Notes under the pieces: generated by a model | Seen by the model: the letters and a program-made list of their open reading frames with translations, nothing else | The model's database searches: none | What the model was told of the DNA's origin: nothing | Program-made: the position numbers and the translations under genes | Source: Gemmatimonadota bacterium | GTDB lineage: Bacteria; JBHIER01; G020348925 | Assembly (NCBI GenBank): GCA_020348925.1 | Contig: CP070758.1 | Location: 4,649,775 to 4,713,774, forward strand | Direction: 5' to 3' | Length of the DNA stretch: 64,000 nt | Shown: piece after piece, positions 55,070 through 64,000 of the stretch | Numbering within the stretch: position 1 is the first letter of the stretch | Layout of the letters: each line of letters begins with the position of its first letter

Positions 55070-58000
55070 TTATTTCAACAGCACCATCTGACGCGTGGCC
55101 GTGTAGTCACCGGCCGTCAATCGATACAAGTACACACCACTGGCCACATCAGTTGCATCCCACACCAGGGTGTATGCACCAGGTACCTTCACCTCATCCA
55201 CCAACGTCACAAGCTCCTGTCCCAATATGTTGTACACCTTTAACGTCGCCCGTACGTTCCCGGCCACCGAATACTCGATGCACGTGGCAGGATTGAAGGG
55301 ATTCGGATAATTTTGAACCAGCCCGTATTCAACCGAAACCATCCCCTTGAATACGATGGATCTCACCTCGGGAAATATCGCCTCGGTGCAACTGTGGGCC
55401 AAGAGCACCTCGCCGAAAGTCAACTCAGGATCACCAGTATCAATGACCTTGAAGGATACCTTGACCAATTCTCCTTCGTAAGCATCGATGGCGAGACCAT
55501 CCGGACTGTACAGAACAACCCTCAACTCACCGGATCTGGTATGGTAAAACATCTCCATTCCCTCGCACCGGGCTGAGAGGGTTACCTGAACAGGAACAAC
55601 CTTAGTTGCATTGTACTTGAGATCAAACTGTGCCCCGGCCATTGAGATTTCAGAACTCAGCGAAATATTCACTTCCACGCTGTGATGAGAAGAAACCGTC
55701 TCAGCCCACACGGTGGCCTGAGATGTACCGAGAACCGCCTTGGCCCCCACGGGTCGACACTGATCAAAACCAAGAATCACGTTCACAATACCCAAGACAT
55801 CCAGCACGTTGAGGGTACCGTCGGAATTGCAGTCGCTACAACAGAAACCATCTCCTTCCAATTCCACCATACCCAAAATATGGTTCACGGCTGCCAGGGC
55901 ATCCAGGATGTTAATCTCTCCATCACCCGTAGGATCACCTCTTCTTCCCTGACACATGCAACCGCAGTTTCCGGGCCAGGCGATACCGAGTCTGAGCGCA
56001 TAGTCATCATCGCTCCGGATGAAGCGGAATGACTCAGAATCGTATGTGAAGCAACCGCTTGGTGGATCCGGATCCTCGTAACAAGGTATCAAACCGCTAT
56101 GGCCTTCCCCATGCTGGATGAAAAGAAAAACGTCTCCCTCCATACATTTCAGATTCTCTTCCCCGGAAAGATCCACACCGTACCAATCCTGTCCCCACAG
56201 TCCGAAGCCTGATGGAACATCTGGGATAGGCCAGTCGTCCAATGTGCTCTCATCGGTGTGTGTGCTCACCGCTGCCAGCAATTCAACACCGTCACCGGGG
56301 TAATCGATCGTATCTTCAGTATCAGAGAAGGGACCGGTAAAAATATTCACCGTGTATGGACCCTCACCGCTATTATACCTGACTGCTCCCTCCGTAATAC
56401 GATACGTTCCCAACCAGTGTGGAGGAAAAAGGTGAACGGCTACCCCGTTGCCATCTCCGAACCCCGAAGCATTCCCGGTCAAGAAATGATGGTCAAACAG
56501 TGCCCCACCGTTGGCAGGAAACACATTGACCCAGGCTGAATATAGGCTGTCGTTCGGTCCGTAGTAGTCCTCGCCTGCGAACAGAAATGCGAGGACTCTG
56601 TATAAGCCTGCCGCAGCAGGCGTCCAGTCAAAATAGATTTTTCGAATCTCACCGGTCTCAAAAGAATCAGCCACTCCCGGTGTTAACGGTATAACTTCGT
56701 TGTTCTCTTCGTCCAAAATCTGATAGAAAAAGTACCCGTAGGCTTTGAGCTGACCGAAGTTTCTGATGGTTAACGTCACTCGGGTTTGAGATCCCACAGC
56801 GTTGGGTGTGGAATAATCGATCCGATCGACACCCATATCATACGGAGCCGATTCTCTGCCCACAATCTCAATATTGTCGAGCCACAGCCCGGTTCCATTG
56901 CCGCAATCGTCATTCGTGTCCGAGTGTGTCAGCCAGCGCAACTTCACCGTTCTTCCGCTGTAATTCCACAACGTCATCCGGCCATTGTACATCAGATCAT
57001 CATTGACGTATGACCACCACGTTTCAAAGTGGCACGTCTGATCGTATCCGGTTATGTCGGAAAAACCTTCCGTCATCCTGGGCCAATGGTGATAGAGAGC
57101 GGTCCAGGCCATCCCGTCTTCGCTGATATGAACCTCGTAGTAGTCTTCAAGGTCGGTATCGTGGTCTCCATCGAAGTCCGGCATGTCGCACTTGAACCAA
57201 TACCTCAGCTCCGGGAACCACCCTTCGGGAATCTCAAACCACGGTGATTCCAACCAGACCGATTCCAGATTCCACTCATCGTCGGCGTCGGCGACCCAGG
57301 CATGGGTCGGACTGGGGGCATCGGCGGCACCGTCAACATAGTGCCAGATATTGTTTCGTGATGTCACACTAGGCACCAAATGGATCTCATCATCTCCATT
57401 GTCGAAGAAGATATTGGAACCACCATCGTCCACTGAGATGTTATCAATGAAGAAACCGTGGAAGGATGTATCCTGGCCACAGCTATATTCGTCAAATGTG
57501 GATAGACATTCATCAGAGCAGAAGTGCATCCGTAAAACAACATTGCCCGTCTTATAATTGTCGAGAGGATACTCCATATGCCGCCACCCCTCGCTGTTTC
57601 CGTTCAGCCCTTTGATACCACCGGGGACAAAATATCCCGTCGCCACCTGATGGGAGTAAAGTGTCCCGCACACGCACACGTGAGTCAGATCCGTTGGCAG
57701 AATGAAGTTTTCCGGAGGATATGTTGCTCCTCCGTCAGTGGACACATAGACAACCAGACCGTCCCAATCGCCTTGCAGGATACCATCTACAAAACAATCG
57801 GCATACGTGTTGAAATCGGAACCCTCACAACTCCATCTGGCGTCGAAGGAGAGCACAGGATTTGAGGTTCCTGATAAGTTGACGGCCTGCTCCATGTCCA
57901 ATGTCTGGGACCATGCGCTACCGTATCCCCAGACGTCGGAAAAATTATTGGCTGCATCCCGAGGCGTCCCGCACCACCAGGCATTACTCCCGTCATACGT

Positions 58001-58258
58001 CCAGTACTCATCGGTGGTATGCCACATGGCTCCAATATCACTCATGTTCTTACATGTAAACCCACCAGCTCCATCCTCGAAATCCCAGAAGTAAAGTGTA
58101 TCCAGTTCCTGCGTAACAATTGGAACTGATGGTATTTTTGCCTGCGTGTTGATTGTTTCGGTGCTGTAATTAGGCTTCTTCTCAGCCAGGGCCACGACGG
58201 TCACACCAACAGCCACACACAGAGAAACAATAGCAACACAGATATGCTTATTTCTCAT
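55070..58258 (-). CDS. Secreted multidomain protein: jelly-roll adhesin-like domains, Ig-like domain, dockerin, cohesin-like domain and T9SS type A CTD
   Basis: Signal peptide; dockerin GDPTGDGEINILD...DCNSDGTLNVLD; cohesin-like VEVNISL...MAGAQFDLKYN...GELVKVSFKV; CTD QNYPNPFNP...SGVYLYRL...RQMVLLK. Confidence 0.85.
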   Translation of the reverse strand: MRNKHICVAIVSLCVAVGVTVVALAEKKPNYSTETINTQAKIPSVPIVTQELDTLYFWDFEDGAGGFTCKNMSDIGAMWHTTDEYWTYDGSNAWWCGTPRDAANNFSDVWGYGSAWSQTLDMEQAVNLSGTSNPVLSFDARWSCEGSDFNTYADCFVDGILQGDWDGLVVYVSTDGGATYPPENFILPTDLTHVCVCGTLYSHQVATGYFVPGGIKGLNGNSEGWRHMEYPLDNYKTGNVVLRMHFCSDECLSTFDEYSCGQDTSFHGFFIDNISVDDGGSNIFFDNGDDEIHLVPSVTSRNNIWHYVDGAADAPSPTHAWVADADDEWNLESVWLESPWFEIPEGWFPELRYWFKCDMPDFDGDHDTDLEDYYEVHISEDGMAWTALYHHWPRMTEGFSDITGYDQTCHFETWWSYVNDDLMYNGRMTLWNYSGRTVKLRWLTHSDTNDDCGNGTGLWLDNIEIVGRESAPYDMGVDRIDYSTPNAVGSQTRVTLTIRNFGQLKAYGYFFYQILDEENNEVIPLTPGVADSFETGEIRKIYFDWTPAAAGLYRVLAFLFAGEDYYGPNDSLYSAWVNVFPANGGALFDHHFLTGNASGFGDGNGVAVHLFPPHWLGTYRITEGAVRYNSGEGPYTVNIFTGPFSDTEDTIDYPGDGVELLAAVSTHTDESTLDDWPIPDVPSGFGLWGQDWYGVDLSGEENLKCMEGDVFLFIQHGEGHSGLIPCYEDPDPPSGCFTYDSESFRFIRSDDDYALRLGIAWPGNCGCMCQGRRGDPTGDGEINILDALAAVNHILGMVELEGDGFCCSDCNSDGTLNVLDVLGIVNVILGFDQCRPVGAKAVLGTSQATVWAETVSSHHSVEVNISLSSEISMAGAQFDLKYNATKVVPVQVTLSARCEGMEMFYHTRSGELRVVLYSPDGLAIDAYEGELVKVSFKVIDTGDPELTFGEVLLAHSCTEAIFPEVRSIVFKGMVSVEYGLVQNYPNPFNPATCIEYSVAGNVRATLKVYNILGQELVTLVDEVKVPGAYTLVWDATDVASGVYLYRLTAGDYTATRQMVLLK

Positions 58259-58799
58259 AATACCAATCTCCTTTGAAAAACATACGCCACAAACCATCTT
58301 AAGCAAGGGATATCCCCTTCACTTCAAAAACAAAAAGGCATGACACTTGAGAGCATCAGCCTTATATCCTGCGAACACGAAACAATCTTACCACTCCTTT
58401 CTCGTACATTGAGGTAGAAGTCAACACTTCGAGGAAATTTCTTCATGCAAGACTCCTCGGGGATCACACAAAAAGCTTCTGTTTTTCACCTCCTTTCAAA
58501 GCGTGTAAAATCAGGCTCTGAACCGTACAACAAGATGCAATTCTTCGATTGGGCTCTTACCGTGTCTTCTCTCGTTTGTTTTTCATCCGTAGGCAAAAAC
58601 CTTCTGCTTTCGGCTCCAACGTTATCTCCAAAAATTGTACTCTCGCATATATGACGGTATTACTCATGGCTCACTCAGCGGTAAAAAAAATGTCACAGAT
58701 CAATTCCGCTTTAATGAATCACTTTTATCCATCTTGATAGTTAAATCACCTGTGCTTCGTGAAACCTCGCATATTATGACTATTCCTCGTATCTAAAAC

Positions 58800-58814
58800 G
58801 CAAAGAATGTGCCA
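58800..58814 (-). promoter_or_regulatory. Consensus sigma54 promoter facing the dockerin-cohesin-CTD gene
   Basis: TGGCACATTCTTTGC = TGGCAC-N5-TTGC on the minus strand, ~540 bp upstream of the ATG. Confidence 0.7.
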
Positions 58815-59512
58815 TTACTATTCATCCATTACGTTTCATTGGTTTATGAATACCCTGGAAATAAATGTATTGTAGGAATGTTCGTTTATGTTACAGAGAG
58901 TGTTCGTTACCGGTCACTAAAAAGATTTCTCAGATTGAAAAATCGATGGATTGACACATTTTCGTGAATGCGTGTGTCGTGATGATGTGGGTTGAGAGTT
59001 TTCTCCCTCTGACCTTCCGTTCGACGCAGTGCATGATTTGAAGAATGTTCGTACCGGAAAGAGAGGGGACACCTTTTATGACGTATTCACTATAAACTGA
59101 CAGAAAAGGAAATAGTCAATTCAACTTGATAATGTTGGATACATACAGTGTGCCAGAAATTCTGAAACACCATACTCATTTCGATATCGTCTCGCACTTC
59201 AGCCTTCCCCTTGATTCGATGGTACATTCAAAAAACTCATTCCCGAGTTCAATGATTAAGTGTACCACTTGTGATTTCACTTGTTCAAGTGTTATCTTAA
59301 GTAGTTATGAAAACAAAAAACTATGTTCATCTGACTGCCGACGAACGGTATCAACTCAGTGCCATGCGAGCAACTGGTCAGAGCCTTCGACAGATCGCTC
59401 AAGTCCTGGGTCGTCATCATTCGACGATATCTCGATAACTCAGCGAAATGCCCCACCCGTTCATACAGGCTATTATCTGAGACATGAGGCTCACGAGCTA
59501 TATGGTTTTTAA

Positions 59513-59650
59513 GGGACACCTTTTGCAACTGATTAGAGTATATATGAATACAAATATATTAGCCGATATCAACACCTACATCATCGTTTTTCTTAAAAGT
59601 GCATTAAACTTCCTGTGCCTTAAAAGGTAAAGACGAACAAAAGGTGTCCC
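59513..59650. repeat. ~140-bp element bounded by perfect 13-bp inverted repeats of the GGGACACC family
   Basis: GGGACACCTTTTG (59513-59525) and CAAAAGGTGTCCC (59638-59650). Confidence 0.7.
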
Positions 59651-60348
59651 CAAACCTCACTTGCCGACACATATCCCAACCACTCCGTTTTCGCCCTACC
59701 CGCCAATACGAAAAATACAACGAGAGCAGATGCAAAGAGAAAAAAGGCGATAACGGAAGCAATGGCAAGGTAGTATCGTTTTTTAACAGAAGCGTCCGCC
59801 ACTTTCCAGCGTCTGATTGTGTAGCGAAGAAGCACGATAGAAAGAAAAAGAAAAATGCACTGGATACAGAAGAAGGTGTAGTGAGAAAACAGAAAACCGG
59901 CCGTAACCCAAGAATCGGGGAACTGCTGCGTAACTGCACGATAGATATTTAAAATGAGAAATCCGGGGACGAAAATGATAGCTGCTATTGAATTGGCTAT
60001 GAGGAGCTTCAACTCTTGGCGATCACCAAAGATGAAAAAAAAGGCCGACATGAAGCCCAGCACAACAAGCGGAAAGAGAGGCTCGCTGTGATGTGATTTG
60101 GGGTAAGAGGGTGAATAACCGGCCCAGAGACTGTACAGTCCCCAGAATAAAAGCCAAATGAGCAGCTCGTGTGCCACCGATTTCGTAACATACCTGTCAA
60201 TAAACGATCTCCGGCCTCTCGACGGCATAGAACCCATGATCTCCTTTACAGAAGAATGAAAGACTGCACCACGCCTTCGTTATCGTTTTCTTAAAACCAT
60301 AATAAACTTCCTATGCCTTAAAAGATAATAACTTAAAAAAAGTGTCCC
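59583..60348. repeat. Pair of ~68-bp imperfect direct repeats (59583-59650 and 60282-60348) flanking a membrane-protein gene
   Basis: Both read ATCGTTTT(T)CTTAAAA...TAAACTTCCTRTGCCTTAAAAGRTAA...AAAARGTGTCCC. Confidence 0.85.
59620..60237 (-). CDS. Hypothetical integral membrane protein (~5 TM), 3' end running into the repeat
   Basis: AAAGGAG RBS; several hydrophobic helices; last codons lie inside the repeat. Confidence 0.65.
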   Translation of the reverse strand: MGSMPSRGRRSFIDRYVTKSVAHELLIWLLFWGLYSLWAGYSPSYPKSHHSEPLFPLVVLGFMSAFFFIFGDRQELKLLIANSIAAIIFVPGFLILNIYRAVTQQFPDSWVTAGFLFSHYTFFCIQCIFLFLSIVLLRYTIRRWKVADASVKKRYYLAIASVIAFFLFASALVVFFVLAGRAKTEWLGYVSASEVWGHLLFVFTF

Positions 60349-60449
60349 TCAGTTTATATTGTTAGTCGCTCTTTGAATTCCGCTTAAGTATAAGAAACAT
60401 TATGATAAATGTCAGGAGTTTTTCGGCAAACATTTCGTACAGACTTTCT

Positions 60450-60582
60450 AAAGCTGAAAGCTGAAAATCTGAAATGTTAAAAAGTTGAAGCGTATATGCG
60501 TGTAAGTGTTGAAGCGTGAATGTGTAGAAGAGTCAAAGAATCAAAAAATCTAAAAGTCAAAAAGTTGAAATGTTGAAAAAAT
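60450..60582. repeat. Imperfect 7-8 bp tandem repeat tract
   Basis: AAGCTGA-AAGCTGA-AAATCTGA-AATGTTAA-AAAGTTGA...AAAGTCAA-AAAGTTGA-AATGTTGA. Confidence 0.7.
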
Positions 60583-60619
60583 CCCCCAATTTTAAAATCC
60601 ACATGATTCTTATACCATG

Positions 60620-60958
60620 CTATTCCGATATCGCTTTTTTCAGCCTTTTCGTACAATAGGTGTTTAAGCTTTCCCCCTCATTTAAAGCTTTTACAACCAA
60701 AGCTTCATGCAATTCCTTCCCTGTTCTGAGGATGAATTTTCCTGAATATCTCTTGCCTGCTGTTGCTTGAGGAAGAGGAATACCATCCTTTTTGTAGATC
60801 GCTATCCACTCATCAACAATCCGGCAAAGTTCTTTATAGACTCGAGTCTCATCATCCCCATGACAGCATTTTCCAATCCAGCCCGGAACCGAACCAACAT
60901 AACACTGATCTTCTTCGGACCACTCAACAATTTTGAGATATTTATCGCTTTCTTTCAT
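60620..60958 (-). CDS. hicB: HicB-family antitoxin
   Basis: VEWSEEDQCYVGSVP, HGDD, YSGKFILRT..ELH.AL...A..EGESLN. Confidence 0.9.
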   Translation of the reverse strand: MKESDKYLKIVEWSEEDQCYVGSVPGWIGKCCHGDDETRVYKELCRIVDEWIAIYKKDGIPLPQATAGKRYSGKFILRTGKELHEALVVKALNEGESLNTYCTKRLKKAISE

Positions 60959-61149
60959 TTTATGGACTCCTCAATTTTCTGATTGACCAGTAACTCCTGA
61001 TAGGGCTTCGCATCGTCTCCAAGCTTTCCCGATATTGTCAAGACAATGCCTTTCGGATGTATAAAATTTCGATGATCTCCCTTTCCTCCGCGGTTGATGA
61101 AACCAGCGCGTTTAAGATCTTTTATTAATGCTCTTATTTTTCTTGGCAT
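60955..61149 (-). CDS. hicA: HicA-family mRNA interferase toxin
   Basis: LIKDLKRAGF...GGKGDHRNFIHP...DAKPYQ; 4-nt overlap with hicB. Confidence 0.9.
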   Translation of the reverse strand: MPRKIRALIKDLKRAGFINRGGKGDHRNFIHPKGIVLTISGKLGDDAKPYQELLVNQKIEESIK

Positions 61150-61183
61150 ATCAAATAATACTACTTTGATACTATAAAGTCAA
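61149..61183 (-). promoter_or_regulatory. hicAB sigma70 promoter with an inverted-repeat operator
   Basis: TTGACT-17 nt-TATTAT with the ATG 5 nt downstream; TATCAAA-N9-TTTGATA at 61149-61171. Confidence 0.7.
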
Positions 61184-61311
61184 GTAGAAAATCGATTCGA
61201 GTTCGCCATAGGATTTCTATCCCAGAGCTCGGGAATGAGGCGCCTTGGATAAGATATTCAAGGTGATCACAGGCGATCGCAGTTAAAAAGGATATCCCAT
61301 ATTCAAATCTA

Positions 61312-62109
61312 TCAACACAATTCTTCTTTGAGAATTTTATAAAACTCTTCCCTGGCCTGCCGCTCAATCCAGGGCATGTGCCCGCAGTTCTCGAGCAACA
61401 TAAATCGAAAACCTGTGAGCACGGCGGACAGGGGTTTTCGGACACCTTCAGCCGGATGGGGATCGTAAATGCCGTGGATCGCCACCACCGGACACCGGAT
61501 ACGCCTTCCGAGTTTCAGAAGTTCGCCACTTCTTCTCAGCTCCGCAGCATCGTTCCATACACCCCGATAGACACGGTACCGGACCTCCAGATCTTCGGTT
61601 TCGAGAGTCGAAGGATCGAAGGCATCGGCCTTGGTGAACAGCTTCCCGAGTCGGGCAAAAATTGCGTCTTTGTCTCGTATGGCAGGATCTTTCAAGTTTT
61701 CGGTCAGAGAAAGGGCTTCATTCTTTTCATCCTCACTGAGTCGGTTCAAGCGAATCTCCTGAATTGCAGTGGCATACTTTTCTTTAAAGGGACCGCTTCC
61801 GATGAGGATCAACTTTTTAACCAAAGCAGGATAATGAGCCGCACAGAGATAACTGAGCCACGCCCCCCAGGAGAATCCAATAACGGTCATAGGGAAATCT
61901 CCCTTCTCTTCAAGGACATTCTTTAATTCCTCGATCTGTCCTTGGACCGAAGTTTCTGTTTGAAGCGGTTCCAAAACACCCCACTCCGAGGAGAGTTCCC
62001 GTGCCACCGGGATCATGTGCCCCGGTGCACCCGGTCCACCATGAACGACGGCTACGGTAAAAGGTTTTTGTCCATATGTTCTCAAATTTTTCACAGGTGT
62101 TTTCAGCAT
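61312..62109 (-). CDS. Alpha/beta hydrolase
   Basis: HGGPGAPG, GFSWG, HGIYDPHP, CGHMPW. Confidence 0.9.
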   Translation of the reverse strand: MLKTPVKNLRTYGQKPFTVAVVHGGPGAPGHMIPVARELSSEWGVLEPLQTETSVQGQIEELKNVLEEKGDFPMTVIGFSWGAWLSYLCAAHYPALVKKLILIGSGPFKEKYATAIQEIRLNRLSEDEKNEALSLTENLKDPAIRDKDAIFARLGKLFTKADAFDPSTLETEDLEVRYRVYRGVWNDAAELRRSGELLKLGRRIRCPVVAIHGIYDPHPAEGVRKPLSAVLTGFRFMLLENCGHMPWIERQAREEFYKILKEELC

Positions 62110-62204
62110 AAAAACCGATTGAAGGATAGTTGTTCGTTATAGGCGATGTTCCTCTTTCTCAAAAAGTATACGACTGTCGGAGTTAGGATATCCTATAAAA
62201 AGAA

Positions 62205-63521
62205 TTATCCCCGAACTGCCCAGCGAAAAATATTGGTCAGCTTCGGTGGTGTGCCCTGCATGAGAATGGCCACCCGGAAGATGCGTCCCCCCGCCCAGAC
62301 AAAAAGAAAGGTAAAAAGCAAAACACCAACCAGACCGACATACGGCTGCCAGGCCGGTATCATTTCAGGCGTTCCCAGTCGGAGTACCATCAGCGTCGGT
62401 GTGAAGAGCGGAATCAGCGACATCCATGTCGAAAAGCCGCTCACCGGTTCCAGCACGACGGGAAAGTAAATAAACATGGGAACGATGGCCGGTAGTATCG
62501 ACGGAAAGGTCAGGGATTGAGCATCCTTCGCCTCACTGCACACCGATCCCAGAGCCGCGGCCATGGCACCGAACATGATGATGGCCATGAGCATATAGGC
62601 GAAAAACCAGGGCAGGACATGAAAGGGAATATACTCCTCGAATCCCATCGAGCGCACAACAAAAATCCCACCGATAACATAAACGGCTGAACTCGTGAGG
62701 GAAACACCGACGCCCCCGAGCAATTTCCCCATCATGAATTCGAAGGGCTTGATCGAGCCGAGCAGCACTTCCGCAATGCGCTGTGTCTTCTCCTCCATGA
62801 CGGAATGGAGCATCCCCGGGACACTCATCATAATCATCAGAAAAAGAAGCATCATGAGGATGATGGGAATCAATATGGCTTCGAATTCACTGGCCCGCTT
62901 GGCCTCCTGAATATCCCCCGTCGCTTCGTCCACGGTAACGAGACCCAAGCCATCCACATTCACCCAGTAAAACAGATCTTCGACTTCCGACTCATCAATA
63001 CCCGCATCCGCCAGTCTCAGCTTGCGCAGATGATTATTGATGGGCCAGGACATCCACTGGCGGACGTTGTCCATGGCCGCATTCTTCGCATAATACGAGA
63101 TGCGGGACGCTTCGCTCTTCTCGCCGGGATGAATCACGTCAGGGCCAATTTCGACAAAGGCGTGAAAATCAACGTTCCGTACCCGGTCCGAAAGCTCCAG
63201 TCGCTGGGCCCTCGGATCCTCATCATCAGGCTCCACCATTTCGAAATAATAAGCCGGCTTGATCTTCTTACCTGTTTCAGCCTGATAGATTTCTTCTTTG
63301 TTTCGATGCTCCGCCGCTTCGATCAGAGCTTCCGCTAAAACACCACTCCGATCGATAATGACGACCGTCTTGTCCTTCGTATCGACCCGGTCCTTCAGAA
63401 GGGCGAAGGCGATGAGACTGCCACCCATCACCAAAGGCGCCAGAACGAGGCCGATGATGAAGCCTTTGGTCCTCACCGCCGCTTTGTATTCCCGCGTCGC
63501 GAGTTTTAACGTTTTACGCAT
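62205..63521 (-). CDS. ABC-2 type transporter permease (NatB/YhaP-like)
   Basis: N-terminal TM, large extracytoplasmic loop, VMEEKTQRIAEVLL, GKLLG, multiple TMs. Confidence 0.9.
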   Translation of the reverse strand: MRKTLKLATREYKAAVRTKGFIIGLVLAPLVMGGSLIAFALLKDRVDTKDKTVVIIDRSGVLAEALIEAAEHRNKEEIYQAETGKKIKPAYYFEMVEPDDEDPRAQRLELSDRVRNVDFHAFVEIGPDVIHPGEKSEASRISYYAKNAAMDNVRQWMSWPINNHLRKLRLADAGIDESEVEDLFYWVNVDGLGLVTVDEATGDIQEAKRASEFEAILIPIILMMLLFLMIMMSVPGMLHSVMEEKTQRIAEVLLGSIKPFEFMMGKLLGGVGVSLTSSAVYVIGGIFVVRSMGFEEYIPFHVLPWFFAYMLMAIIMFGAMAAALGSVCSEAKDAQSLTFPSILPAIVPMFIYFPVVLEPVSGFSTWMSLIPLFTPTLMVLRLGTPEMIPAWQPYVGLVGVLLFTFLFVWAGGRIFRVAILMQGTPPKLTNIFRWAVRG

Positions 63522-63522
63522 T

Positions 63523-64000
63523 TCAAGTCCCACCTGCTTCCGGACCGGCTATCCGAACAAAGATATCGTGCAGCGAAGGTTTGACGATGTCGAAGCTGCT
63601 GACGCGGGTCCGGAGCATTATCTCAGAAAGAATTCGATGCGGATCACTCCCCGCTCTCATGCGCACCTCCTGCATCTGACCGAAGTCGTTCACTTTCTCG
63701 ACACCAGCAATATCCTGCAGGATACAAGCACCCTTTTCGGCCCGAACGCGGATGGTATCACTCCCATAGGTATCCTGGATTGAAGACAATGTCCCATCCA
63801 GAACCTTATTGCCCTTGAAGATCATGAAAATAAAGTCGCACATCTTTTCAGCCATGCTCATATCGTGCGTGCTGAATATCACCGTCGCACCTTGGGCCTG
63901 GAACTCCAGGATGGCGTCTTTGATGACGTCGGTATTCACCGGATCGAGGCCTGTAAAAGGCTCGTCCAGTAAAACCAGTTCCGGTTGGCCAACAACAGTA
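63523..64000 (-). CDS. ABC transporter ATP-binding protein, C-terminal part (5' end outside the window)
   Basis: Walker B LVLLDEPFTGLDPVN, H-loop FSTHDM, and PSLHDIF tail. Confidence 0.93.
   Translation of the reverse strand, partial: TVVGQPELVLLDEPFTGLDPVNTDVIKDAILEFQAQGATVIFSTHDMSMAEKMCDFIFMIFKGNKVLDGTLSSIQDTYGSDTIRVRAEKGACILQDIAGVEKVNDFGQMQEVRMRAGSDPHRILSEIMLRTRVSSFDIVKPSLHDIFVRIAGPEAGGT

Noticed and set aside
58557-58667. Small minus-strand ORF MSNTVIYARV... resembling a resolvase N-terminus
   Set aside because: Only 36 aa, lacks the catalytic Ser after YARV and has no RBS; likely chance.
59139-59155. Third sigma54-like site, TGGCACACTGTATGT (minus strand)
   Set aside because: The -12 element lacks the conserved GC.
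59126-59528. ORFs 59126-59512 (+) and 59292-59528 (-)
   Set aside because: No RBS or recognisable motif; possibly decayed coding DNA, but I cannot support a call.
59040-60600. CRISPR array or integron attC array
   Set aside because: The repeats are few, irregularly spaced and in mixed orientation; no cas or intI gene and no clear attC structure.

Overview
Scaffolded bacterial sequence, probably metagenome-assembled, with two 100-N gaps (10591-10690 and 33350-33449). It is probably from an FCB-superphylum lineage, based on T9SS-type C-terminal domains and an FCB-like RpoB insert. (1) 1-10590 is the core tuf-rpmG-tRNA-Trp-secE-nusG-rplKAJL-rpoBC cluster on the minus strand. rpoC carries a 137-bp divergent duplicate segment that shifts its frame and looks like an assembly chimera. 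(2) 10691-33349 is a ~22.6-kb co-oriented cluster of six large, apparently secreted proteins that all end in a dockerin-like module: four tandem gingipain (C25)-like paralogs, a 16-repeat beta-propeller protein and an M14 carboxypeptidase. The three complete C25 paralogs lack the canonical catalytic His. (3) 33450-64000 is an accessory-rich region. It holds a dockerin-FISUMP protein, a radical SAM enzyme, hsp20-groES-groEL behind a sigma54-like promoter, several hydrolases, an ECF sigma/anti-sigma/HEAT-TPR operon, an orphan BrnA-like antitoxin with an internally deleted BrnT toxin, a dockerin+cohesin+T9SS-CTD protein, a family of GGGGACAC repeats, hicAB and an ABC transporter. The main candidate novel system is a cellulosome-like, dockerin/cohesin-assembled protein-processing complex linked to T9SS secretion. 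All family calls are from motif recognition by eye; no database searches were run.
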